Assembly: GCA_965371445.1 (NCBI GenBank)
Contig: CBDUYN010000012.1
Location: 10,878 to 74,877 of the forward strand
Origin: an uncultured bacterium
GTDB taxonomy: Bacteria; Acidobacteriota; Thermoanaerobaculia; Multivoradales; J023
Direction of reading: 5' to 3'
Length of the DNA stretch: 64,000 nt
Shown: piece by piece, positions 51,508 to 59,877 of the stretch
Layout: each line of letters starts with the position of its first letter
Position numbering within the stretch: position 1 is the first letter of the stretch
Position numbers and translations under genes: made by a program
The notes under the pieces: model-generated
The model's database searches: none
Seen by the model: only the letters and a program-made list of their open reading frames with translations
What the model was told of the DNA's origin: nothing

Positions 51508-53082
51508 CTACCGTCCGACGGACGAATCTGCCGGCAACGTGAAGTGGAACGTGGCGCCTCGGTCGTCGTTCTCGTAGGCCCGGATCCGGCCCTGGTGCAC
51601 CTCGAGGATCGAGCGGACGATCGCGAGCCCCATCCCCATGCCGTCCGCCTTCGTGGTGTGGAACGGTTCAAAGAGCCGCTCCGGCTCCTGGCCGCCGAAG
51701 CCGGCCCCGAAGTCACGCACCGAGACACCGACTCCCTCCCCGGGCTCGTTCTCCGTGCGGAGGACGAGCCTCCGTTCCTCGGCCGGCAGGTCGGCCATGG
51801 CGTCGAAGCCATTCAAGATCAGGTTGAGAAGCACTTGCTGGAGCTGGACCCGGTCGCCGCATACCGGCGGCAGTCCCTCGTCGAGCTCGAGCTCCAAGTC
51901 GACCCCCTTCAAGAGGGCGTCACTGCGCAGCAAAGGCAGTACCTGACGGATCACCTCGTTCATTTCCAGAGGCTCCAGCTGCGGCTCGTGTTTCTGGAGC
52001 AAAGCGCGCAGCCGGCGAATGACCTCGGCCGCCCGCCGGTTGTCGGCGACGATGTCTCCGAGGATCTCGCCGATCTCCCCGAGGTCCGTTTCGCCGCTTT
52101 CCAGGAAGCGCTGGGCGGCGCGGGCGTTCGATCCGATGGCGGCGAGGGGCTGGTTGAGCTCGTGGGCGATGGCCGCGGTGAGCTCGCCCAGTGTGGCCTG
52201 GCGTCCGACGTGCGTCAGCTCGTCCCGGAGATGGCGCAGCTCCTCGTTCTTGCGCTTTCGCTCCGTGACGTCGGTTTGGATCCCGACGTAGTGGGTGACG
52301 GTGCCGTCGGCACTTCGTATCGGCGAGATCCGCAGCAGGTTCCAGAAGGGGGTCCCGTCTTTGCGGTAGTTGAGGATCTCGTCCTGAAACGTCTCGCCGT
52401 GGGCTATGGTGGCGCGGATCGCGGCCAGGGTCTCCGGATCGGTGTCGGGGCCCTGCAAGAACCGGCTGTTCTGTCCCAGGACCTCCGATGCCTCATAGCC
52501 GGTCAACCGGGTGAAGCTTTCGTTGACATAGCTGATGTACATGCCCTCGACTCGCGCGTCCGTGATGACGCAACCGGAATAGAGCGCCTCGATCGCCGCC
52601 GACTTCAGACGGATCTGCTCCTGCGTCCGCCGCAGGTCGGTCACGTCGCGTGCGGTTCCCCAGACTCGCAGAACCTTGCCGTCCTGGATCGTGCCTACGA
52701 AGTTGTTCAGAAAGATCCTTTCCGTTCCGTCCGCGGCCCGCTCGACGGTCTCCTCATCAGTCATCCGGTAACCCGAGCGAATGGTCTCGAGCAGGAAGGG
52801 AACGCTGGTGGGCAGGGACCGGGGGAAGAAGGTCTCCAGCCGCCATCCGAGGACGTCCTCGCGGGTCGTGGCGTAGGCGACGGCAAAGGTCTCGTTGGCC
52901 TCGACGATCCGGGCATGCTGGTAGAGGAGATCGACCTGCTCCATCTCCGGCAAGTCGATCGGGACGCCCTCCTCCATCTCGATGCACCAGATGGCCTCGG
53001 TGCTGTTGGCGACGAAGCTGCGGTAGCGCTCGTGGTTGATCGCGAGCAGCTCTTCGGCGGCGTCTGTGGATTCTCGACCCAT
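51508..53082 (-). CDS. Cytoplasmic multi-PAS sensor histidine kinase
   Basis: 524 aa with at least two PAS/PAC segments. HisKA H-box (HELNQPLAAIGSNARAAQRFL). HATPase N, G1 and G2 boxes (NLILNGFDAM...; VRDFGAGFG). Confidence 0.8.
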   Translation of the reverse strand: MGRESTDAAEELLAINHERYRSFVANSTEAIWCIEMEEGVPIDLPEMEQVDLLYQHARIVEANETFAVAYATTREDVLGWRLETFFPRSLPTSVPFLLETIRSGYRMTDEETVERAADGTERIFLNNFVGTIQDGKVLRVWGTARDVTDLRRTQEQIRLKSAAIEALYSGCVITDARVEGMYISYVNESFTRLTGYEASEVLGQNSRFLQGPDTDPETLAAIRATIAHGETFQDEILNYRKDGTPFWNLLRISPIRSADGTVTHYVGIQTDVTERKRKNEELRHLRDELTHVGRQATLGELTAAIAHELNQPLAAIGSNARAAQRFLESGETDLGEIGEILGDIVADNRRAAEVIRRLRALLQKHEPQLEPLEMNEVIRQVLPLLRSDALLKGVDLELELDEGLPPVCGDRVQLQQVLLNLILNGFDAMADLPAEERRLVLRTENEPGEGVGVSVRDFGAGFGGQEPERLFEPFHTTKADGMGMGLAIVRSILEVHQGRIRAYENDDRGATFHFTLPADSSVGR

Positions 53083-53089
53083 GATCCGG

Positions 53090-53737
53090 TCATTCGGAGT
53101 CGAGCCCGAGCTTCCCGGCCATGCGGACGAGCTCGGCCAGCGAGCCGGCCTGCATCTTCTCCATGAGCCGTCCGCGGTGGACTTTGACGGTTTTCTCGCT
53201 CACCCCCAGCCGGGCGCCGACCTGCTTGTTCAGGAGGCCGGTGACGACGAGCTCGAAGACCTGCCGCTCGCGGGTGGTCAGGGTGTCGAGGCGCTCGTCG
53301 AGAGCTTCGCGCTCGACGCGTTCGGCCCGGGTCCTGCGGCCGCGTTCGAGCGCCTCGCCGACGGCGGCGAGGAAGCGTTCGTCATCGACGGGCTTCTCCA
53401 GGAACTCGGTGGCGCCGGCCTTCATCGCGGCGACCGTCGAGGGCACGTCGCCGTAGCCGGTAAGGAAGATGACGGGGAGGTCGCGACCTCTCCGGCGAAG
53501 CTCATGCTGGAGCTCCAGGCCGTTCGTCGACGGCATCCGAAGGTCGAGCACCAGGCACCCGGAGCGTCCGGCCGCCGGTGTGTCTAGGAAGGCCTCGGCC
53601 GACGGGTAGGTCTCGACGGCGAGCCCGGCGGAACGGACGAGCCGTGACAGGGCGCGCCTCACCGAGGCGTCGTCGTCGACGACGACGACGACGTCGTCAG
53701 CGGCCAGGGGCTCTCTCTCCGGTACGGCTTCCATCAA
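53090..53737 (-). CDS. NarL/FixJ-family response regulator (receiver plus LuxR-type HTH)
   Basis: VVVVDDDASVRRAL..., phospho-acceptor D in CLVLDLRMP, and HTH LTTRERQVFELVVTGLLNKQVGARLGVSEKTVKVHR. Confidence 0.85.
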   Translation of the reverse strand: MMEAVPEREPLAADDVVVVVDDDASVRRALSRLVRSAGLAVETYPSAEAFLDTPAAGRSGCLVLDLRMPSTNGLELQHELRRRGRDLPVIFLTGYGDVPSTVAAMKAGATEFLEKPVDDERFLAAVGEALERGRRTRAERVEREALDERLDTLTTRERQVFELVVTGLLNKQVGARLGVSEKTVKVHRGRLMEKMQAGSLAELVRMAGKLGLDSE

Positions 53738-53742
53738 GGTCC

Positions 53743-54222
53743 TTACGGCGCTTTCACCTCGGGGAAGCTCTTGAACATCTTCTTGACGACCTTGCGGACG
53801 ATGCTCTTGGCTTTGCGCGCCTTCTCGGGCTGCACGTCAGTCGCCTGGCCGCGCCAGACGAGCTGGCCCATCGACGCTTCGTAGACCTCGACGACCAGGG
53901 CGACGTAGAGGAAGGTCGGGTTCTTGCCGGCATGGGTGCGGACGTAGAGGTCGGCGGCGCCGTCGGAGCGCTGCCAGCCGCCCGCGGCGAAGTGGGCGTC
54001 GACCGTCGCGCGGATCTCCTTCTCGATCTCGTGGTTGGCGGCCGGCGTGCCCTTCTGCCAGGCGTAGGTGCGAAGGGGCGAGAAGTCGAGGCTGCCGTAG
54101 TATTTGACCTCGACGGTGAGCGCGGCGGCGGAGCCGGCCGCGAGGAGAGCGAGGGTGAGGAGGAGAAGCGTCTTCGTCTTCATGGCGTCGTAGAGTCTGG
54201 CTGGAATCGGCGCCCGGGTCAA
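53743..54222 (-). CDS. DUF4136-family lipoprotein, copy 2. Lies 5 bp upstream of the FixJ-type regulator gene on the same strand.
   Basis: Signal peptide (MKTKTLLLLTLALLAAGSAAA), YYGSLDFSPLRTYAW motif, C-terminal VRKVVKKMFKSFP. Confidence 0.6.
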   Translation of the reverse strand: MTRAPIPARLYDAMKTKTLLLLTLALLAAGSAAALTVEVKYYGSLDFSPLRTYAWQKGTPAANHEIEKEIRATVDAHFAAGGWQRSDGAADLYVRTHAGKNPTFLYVALVVEVYEASMGQLVWRGQATDVQPEKARKAKSIVRKVVKKMFKSFPEVKAP

Positions 54223-54349
54223 ATGGGGGGGAAGGCTACGACCAAAGTCCTATGGCACCGTCTCTTGCCGCACGGCATGATCGCCTTGCGATGTCTGCGA
54301 AGAAGGCGCAGAATGGACCGAACGAACTCAGACCTCGGAGGACGAGACC

Positions 54350-54766
54350 ATGAGACAACTACGCGGCCTTCTTGCCGTGCTGCTGATTCTGGCCCCCGGG
54401 CCGCTCCTGGCCGACGACCTGACCGGCGCGGAGAAGATCCTCTGCACGTCGGCGCAGGCGACGCTCTGCACCGCGGACGGGGAGTGCACCAGCGCGCCGC
54501 CCTGGGAGCTGAACATCCCCAACTTCATCTTGATCGACTTCGCCGCGAAAGAGCTCGGCACCACCGAAGCGAGCGGCGAGGCGCGCAAGACCGAGATCCG
54601 GAACGTGACCCGGGAGCACGGCCTGATCGTGCTCCAGGGCTACCAGGACGGCCGCGCCTTCAGCTTCGTCATCACCGAGAAGTCCGGCATGGCGACGATC
54701 GCCGTGGCCCGCGACGGGCTCACCGTCACGGTCTTCGGTCCCTGCACGCCGTCCCCCTCGAAGTAA
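54350..54766 (+). CDS. Module gene B', paralogue of 13084..13527
   Basis: See 13084..13527. Signal peptide, ILCTSAQATLCTADGECTSAPPWELNIP...GRAFSFVITEKSGMATIAVARDGLTVTVFGPCTP. Confidence 0.6.
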   Translation: MRQLRGLLAVLLILAPGPLLADDLTGAEKILCTSAQATLCTADGECTSAPPWELNIPNFILIDFAAKELGTTEASGEARKTEIRNVTREHGLIVLQGYQDGRAFSFVITEKSGMATIAVARDGLTVTVFGPCTPSPSK

Positions 54767-54786
54767 CGACAACCGGAGAGAACGCC

Positions 54787-55356
54787 ATGAAGAAGAACCT
54801 TTGGATCGCCTTGACGATCGCCGCCCTCTGCGTCTTCCCCAGCCTGGCGCAAGGCCAGGCCGTCGAGGAGCCTACGGGCCAGAAGACGCTTGCCGCCACG
54901 ATGAACGTCTACGTCTTCCCGACGGAAGGCCAGGGCACCGAGCAGCAGTCGAAAGACGAGGCCGAGTGCTACAGCTGGGCGGTGAAGAACACCGGCTCCG
55001 ATCCCTTCGAGCTCGGCAAGCGGGCCGAGCAGGCGCAGCAAGCCGCTGCGCAGCAAAAAGAGCAGGTCGCTGCGGCCGGACAAGGCGCGGGTGCCCAAGG
55101 CGCGGTGAAAGGCGCCGTGGTCGGCGCCCTGATCGGCGAGATCGCCAGCAACGACGCCGGCGAAGGCGCCGCCTGGGGCGCCGCCGCGGGGATGGTCGGG
55201 GCGCGGCGTAGGACCCGCAGGGCCAAGAGCCAGGCCAACCAGCAGATCGACCAGCAGGCCCAGCAGGTCCAGCAGGCGACGGCCGAGGACCTCGAGAACT
55301 TCAAGAAGGCCTTCAGCGTCTGCCTCGAAGCCAAGAAGTTCCTCGTCAAATTCTGA
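54787..55356 (+). CDS. Module gene A', glycine-zipper protein, paralogue of 12456..13025
   Basis: Signal peptide. KTLAATMNVYVFP...EAECYSWAV. GAVVGALIGEIASNDAGEGAAWGAAAGMVGARRR. QQIDQQAQQVQQATAEDLENFKKAFSVCLEAKKFLVKF. Confidence 0.65.
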   Translation: MKKNLWIALTIAALCVFPSLAQGQAVEEPTGQKTLAATMNVYVFPTEGQGTEQQSKDEAECYSWAVKNTGSDPFELGKRAEQAQQAAAQQKEQVAAAGQGAGAQGAVKGAVVGALIGEIASNDAGEGAAWGAAAGMVGARRRTRRAKSQANQQIDQQAQQVQQATAEDLENFKKAFSVCLEAKKFLVKF

Positions 55357-55387
55357 GCCCTGAACAAGTGAGAGGAAGGAGAAGCCC

Positions 55388-55978
55388 ATGAGGCTGAAAC
55401 CGGCTCTTTTTGCCGTCGTTTGTGTCCTGGTGGCCCTGGCGCCGCCGCTCGCCGCCCAAGCCCCGGAGAGGATCAAAGGGCGTGTGATCGACGCCGGTTC
55501 CTCGGTGCCGGGTCCGAACAGCGCCTTCTTCACCCTACACGTCGACGAGTACTCGACGGCCGCCGACGTCCAGGAGCTTGCCGCGCTCCTGGCCAAGGAA
55601 GGATCCAACGCGCTGCTCAAGAAGCTGCGCAAGATGGACCACGGGTACATCCGCATCGGCCGGAGCCTCGGCTATCCCGTCGCCGTCATCCGTTCGATCG
55701 AGACGCCGGAAGGACGCGTAATCCGCGCCGTCACCGACCGTCCGATCCAGATCTACGAGGTGATGCGGAGCCTGCGCACGGAGGATTACCCCTTCGGCGT
55801 GATCGAGATCCGGCTGCCCGCCGACGGCAAAGGCGAGGGGACGCTCATCGCCGCCGCACAGGTCGAGTACAACAAGGACGGAGTCATCGAGATCGAAAGC
55901 TTCGGGATCCAGCCTTTCCGGCTGATGAACGTCGAGGCGGAGAAGGTCAAGGAGAAGAAGAAGAAAAAGAAGGACTAG
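55388..55978 (+). CDS. Module gene D', paralogue of 16061..16546. This copy has a signal peptide and a poly-Lys tail.
   Basis: MRLKPALFAVVCVLVALAPPLAAQA. Conserved core with D. Ends KVKEKKKKKKD. Confidence 0.55.
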   Translation: MRLKPALFAVVCVLVALAPPLAAQAPERIKGRVIDAGSSVPGPNSAFFTLHVDEYSTAADVQELAALLAKEGSNALLKKLRKMDHGYIRIGRSLGYPVAVIRSIETPEGRVIRAVTDRPIQIYEVMRSLRTEDYPFGVIEIRLPADGKGEGTLIAAAQVEYNKDGVIEIESFGIQPFRLMNVEAEKVKEKKKKKKD

Positions 55979-56106
55979 CGACGCGGACGCCTCCGACCGA
56001 CGATGCCGGATCTGCTCCCGCCGACGCACCATCCACTCATAGCCGCGCAAGCTTGCTATGGGCTTCCATGTTTCCACACGCGAAAACCCAAGGAGCCCCC
56101 TCGACC

Positions 56107-56670
56107 ATGCACTTCTTCACCGACCGCCGTCCCTTTCCCGTCCTTGCCCTCGTCCTTACGACGCTCCTCCTGGCGACTCCGGCCGTGGCCAAAGATCTGG
56201 GGACGAAGTACGACAAGAACGCCGATTTTTCGACCTACAAGACGTTCAAGTGGGACCAGGAGTCACAGAAGCCCCGCGGGCCTCGCGTCTCGCCGGGAGG
56301 CGACGTCGATCTCATGATCCGCGAGCACGCGACGGCGGCGCTTCAAGCGAGCGGCTTGACGGCGTCCGAGGAGGAGGCGGATCTCCTCGTCGGCTACGAC
56401 GCCGCGGCCATCGAGGTCATGAACGTCGAGTCGGTCACCAACTACGAGGCGCGCCGCCAGCAACCCATGGGAGGGATCGACTGGGTGATGGACGGCACGA
56501 TGAGCTCCTACGTCGACGGGACCCTGGTGATCACCTTGACCGACGCCAAGACCGGCAAAACGGTGTGGACCGGCTGGACCACCGAGAAAATCAAGAACGT
56601 CAGCAATCCTCACAAGCAGGTGCGCAAGATGGTCCGCAAGCTGCTGGGAAGGTTTCCGCCGAAGAAGTAG
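56107..56670 (+). CDS. DUF4136-family lipoprotein, copy 3
   Basis: Signal peptide (VLALVLTTLLLATPAVA). KYDKNADFSTYKTFKW. C-terminal VRKMVRKLLGRFPPKK. Confidence 0.6.
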   Translation: MHFFTDRRPFPVLALVLTTLLLATPAVAKDLGTKYDKNADFSTYKTFKWDQESQKPRGPRVSPGGDVDLMIREHATAALQASGLTASEEEADLLVGYDAAAIEVMNVESVTNYEARRQQPMGGIDWVMDGTMSSYVDGTLVITLTDAKTGKTVWTGWTTEKIKNVSNPHKQVRKMVRKLLGRFPPKK

Positions 56671-56984
56671 TCCGAAGCTGCCGAAAGGGCACGCAGGGCG
56701 AGCTCGAAAAGGTCGCGTCCCGTCACCTAGCGCTCCTGGAGGAGGCACGTCCGGAGGCAGGCAACTTTGAGGCAACGGTGGCGACAACCTGGTCGTTGAG
56801 CTTTCGGGAGATTGAGGAGACCTCACCAGCGTCGGCCAACGTCCGTCGGGAGACAGGTCGTAGATGCGTCTTCGTCTCGTCCCAACTCGTCTACGCAGAG
56901 GCGGCTGCACGGGTAGAATCCAGCCGAGGAAGGGCCGTCCGGGTTCCTCCCGGAGGCCCACCCCCTGGAAGGAGAGGAGTCCCC

Positions 56985-58637
56985 ATGCAGAAAAAGACCA
57001 AGCGGCCTCGTCCCGTCGTCCTCGTCGTCCGCGACGGCTGGGGCCGCAATCCCCACCGCGAGCACGACTCCTGGAACGCGATCCACCTCGCCTCGACCCC
57101 GTGCTGCGACGCGCTGCTGCGCGACTACCCCTGGACGCTCGTCAAGACGAGCGGCGAGGACGTGGGCCTGCCCGAGGGCACCATGGGCAACAGCGAGGTG
57201 GGCCATCAGAACCTCGGCGCCGGACGCATCGTCAACCAGGACTCGGTGCGCGTCACCAAGGCGATCCGTGACGGCTCGTTTTACGACAACGAGGCGCTGG
57301 GCCGCGGTGTCGACCGCTCCCTGAAGCGCGGCGGCGCCGTTCATCTCCTGGGCCTCGCGTCCGACGCCGGGGTCCATGGGCTTTTGACCCACCTCTACGC
57401 CTGCCTGGAGCTTTGCCGGCGGAAGGGACAGGAGAAAGTCTACCTCCACCTCTTCACCGACGGACGCGACACGGGTCCCTTCACCGGCAAGGGCTTTGTG
57501 GCCCAGGTCGAGGAGAAGTGCACCGAGATCGGCGTCGGCCGGGTGGCCTCGCTCTCGGGCCGTTACTACGCCATGGACCGCGACAATCGCTGGGAACGGG
57601 TCGCGCGGGCCTACGACTGCCTGAGCGGCCGCGGCGCGGACGTCCCCAACTTCGCGGCGGCGGCGGAGGCCATGGACGACTATTACGAGAATCCGACGAC
57701 CGGAAGCCAGGAGGGCGACGAGTTCCTCACGCCCCGCACCCTCGGCGAAGATTGGCGGGAGACACGGATCCGAGCCGGCGACACGGTCGTTTTTTACAAC
57801 TACCGCGGCGACCGTCCGCGGGAGATCACACGCGCCTTTGTTTTCGAAGACTTCTACGGCCACGTCGCGCCGTCGCCCGACAGCGGCGAAAAAGGTTTCG
57901 ACCGGGGAGAGAAGCTCGACCTGGCCTACGTCACCATGACAGCCTACGAGAAGAAATTGAACGCCTGGGTCGACGTCGCCTTTCCCAAGCCGCCGCGAAT
58001 GGAAAACATCGGCGCGGCTTGTCTTTCGTCCCTGGGCCTGACGCAATTCCGCTGCGCCGAGACGGAGAAGTTTCCGCATGTGACGTTTTTCTTCAACGAC
58101 TACCGCGACGAGCCGTTCCCCGGCGAGACGCGCCACATGCCGCAGTCGCCAAGAGTGGCGACCTACGACCTGAAGCCCGAAATGAGCGCCCACGAGGTCT
58201 GCGCGGCGGTCCTCGCGAGAGTCCGTGCCGAGGAGAGTCCCGACTTCATCCTCGTCAACCTTGCGAACACCGACATGGTGGGTCACACGGGCAAGCTCGA
58301 CGCGGCGATCCGCGCCGCCGAGACGGTCGACGGCCTGGTGGGCCGGATCGTCGAGGCGGTCCTCGGACGCGGCGGCAAGCTCGTCGTCACGGCCGACCAC
58401 GGCAACTCGGAGCAGATGTACGATCCGGAGACCGATGCGCCGCACACGGCGCACACGACCTACGACGTCGAGCTGATCGTCGTCGACCCGGAGCGGCGCG
58501 AAGCGGCGACGGGCAACGCCGAGGAACCGTCTCCGGCCCTGGCGAGCGGCGGCCGGTTGGCCGACGTCTTTCCGACGTTGCTCGAGCTGATGGGGCTACC
58601 TGTGCCCGTCGAGATGAGCGGCCGTTCGTTGCTCTAA
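56985..58637 (+). CDS. gpmI: 2,3-bisphosphoglycerate-independent phosphoglycerate mutase
   Basis: VVLVVRDGWG, MGNSEVGHQNLGAGR, ADHGN, and typical iPGM length (~550 aa). Confidence 0.85.
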   Translation: MQKKTKRPRPVVLVVRDGWGRNPHREHDSWNAIHLASTPCCDALLRDYPWTLVKTSGEDVGLPEGTMGNSEVGHQNLGAGRIVNQDSVRVTKAIRDGSFYDNEALGRGVDRSLKRGGAVHLLGLASDAGVHGLLTHLYACLELCRRKGQEKVYLHLFTDGRDTGPFTGKGFVAQVEEKCTEIGVGRVASLSGRYYAMDRDNRWERVARAYDCLSGRGADVPNFAAAAEAMDDYYENPTTGSQEGDEFLTPRTLGEDWRETRIRAGDTVVFYNYRGDRPREITRAFVFEDFYGHVAPSPDSGEKGFDRGEKLDLAYVTMTAYEKKLNAWVDVAFPKPPRMENIGAACLSSLGLTQFRCAETEKFPHVTFFFNDYRDEPFPGETRHMPQSPRVATYDLKPEMSAHEVCAAVLARVRAEESPDFILVNLANTDMVGHTGKLDAAIRAAETVDGLVGRIVEAVLGRGGKLVVTADHGNSEQMYDPETDAPHTAHTTYDVELIVVDPERREAATGNAEEPSPALASGGRLADVFPTLLELMGLPVPVEMSGRSLL

Positions 58638-58674
58638 CCGTCCCCTTGGGGGGAACGAGGGGGGAGATGACTGG

Positions 58675-59859
58675 CTAGAGCTCCCGCGCCGCCGCCTCGG
58701 CCGCGGCGACGGCAAGCTCCAGGGCCTCCGCCATCGTGGCCAGGTCGAGGTACTCGGCCCGGTCGTGCGCCGAATGGATGGCCAACGTGGCGCGGCCGAG
58801 CGATCCGGAGGAGATCGACAGGCACTCCACGCCGCGGTGGGCGAAGGGGATCGAGTCGATCCCCATGCCCGGCGGCATCGTGACGTTGCGGATCCGGATG
58901 CCGGCCGCCACCGCCGCGCGGCGTACCACCGCCGCGAGCCGCGGCGCGAAGGCCTTGCCGAAGCCGTAACGGTGGAGCAGCACCATACGGCCCGGCGAGC
59001 CGGCGCCGTCGAAGTTCAAAGCGTAGAGCGGACGTCCCCGCAGCTCCTCCAGGTGAGCGTCGAGCCAGCGCATGGCGCCCACCATGTGGTCCTCTTCGGC
59101 ACCCGGAGAGAGGAAGATCAGCTCGACGTCGTCGCCGAGGCGTTCGGGGAGGAGATGGGCGAGCTCCAGGACGATCCCCACCGAGCCCGCGTTGTCGACG
59201 CCGCCCGGCGAGAGGTTGCCGCTGCGCAGGGTCGAGAGGGTGACGAGCGCCAGGGTGGCGACGGCGCCGCTTGCGAGCACCAGGCCGGCCGGCGCGGCCG
59301 CTCCCCGCCAGGCCGCCACGGCCAGGGTGGCGGCGAGGCCAAGGGCGCCGAAGATGGCGGCGAGCGTCGCGCCCATGCGCATCGGAAAGGTCAGGTTCTG
59401 CGACTTCGAGTCGTGGTGGGCGAGCAAGACGAGCCTCAGGCGCGGCTCGCCGCGGCTCGGCCGGCGACCGCTGACGTTGGCGGTCCGGGTGGGCCCTTCG
59501 CGTTCGTAGAGCCGTTCGGCGCCCGGAGCCCAGACGAGCAGCACCGTGCCGACGAGGGCGCCGGCGGCAAGGAGCGCCAGGGCCAGGAGCGTCTCCCGCG
59601 GCCCTGCCGCGCGCCACCCCACGAGCGTCGCCGCCGCGACACCGGCCGCGGCGGCGAGGAGCACCGTCGTCAAGGCGCGAAACGCCGGCCGGACGTCGTA
59701 GGTGAATCCCTCGAGGGCGACCTCGAGGTCCGCCTCGCGCATCCAGCCGGCGACGAGGTCGATCGCCCGTCGGTCGCCCTCCGTCCCCGGATAGCGCGGG
59801 AAGGCAAGCTGGGTGGCGCGGTCGAGGGCACGTTCGGCGTGTCGAGCTTCGAGAGTCAT
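58675..59859 (-). CDS. M28-family metallopeptidase with membrane-spanning insert
   Basis: Metal-ligand motifs in order (HHDS, DNAGSVG, EEDHMVG, H near the C-terminus). Several hydrophobic helices between the first and second motif. Confidence 0.55.
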   Translation of the reverse strand: MTLEARHAERALDRATQLAFPRYPGTEGDRRAIDLVAGWMREADLEVALEGFTYDVRPAFRALTTVLLAAAAGVAAATLVGWRAAGPRETLLALALLAAGALVGTVLLVWAPGAERLYEREGPTRTANVSGRRPSRGEPRLRLVLLAHHDSKSQNLTFPMRMGATLAAIFGALGLAATLAVAAWRGAAAPAGLVLASGAVATLALVTLSTLRSGNLSPGGVDNAGSVGIVLELAHLLPERLGDDVELIFLSPGAEEDHMVGAMRWLDAHLEELRGRPLYALNFDGAGSPGRMVLLHRYGFGKAFAPRLAAVVRRAAVAAGIRIRNVTMPPGMGIDSIPFAHRGVECLSISSGSLGRATLAIHSAHDRAEYLDLATMAEALELAVAAAEAAAREL

Positions 59860-59877
59860 CCGCGGATCCTCAACGGC

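Noticed and set aside
48571-58454. Other long shadow ORFs (48571..49929, 51439..53166, 54640..55656, 56058..56984 extension, 56823..58454, 57413..58678)
   Set aside because: Each is antisense or out-of-frame to a gene with clear motifs (sulfatase, HK, module A', gpmI). No independent support.
58641-58654. Short GC hairpin (tcccc-ttgg-gggga) between convergent gpmI and the M28 peptidase gene as a possible bidirectional terminator
   Set aside because: Only a 5-bp stem and no U-tract. Too weak to call in a high-GC genome.
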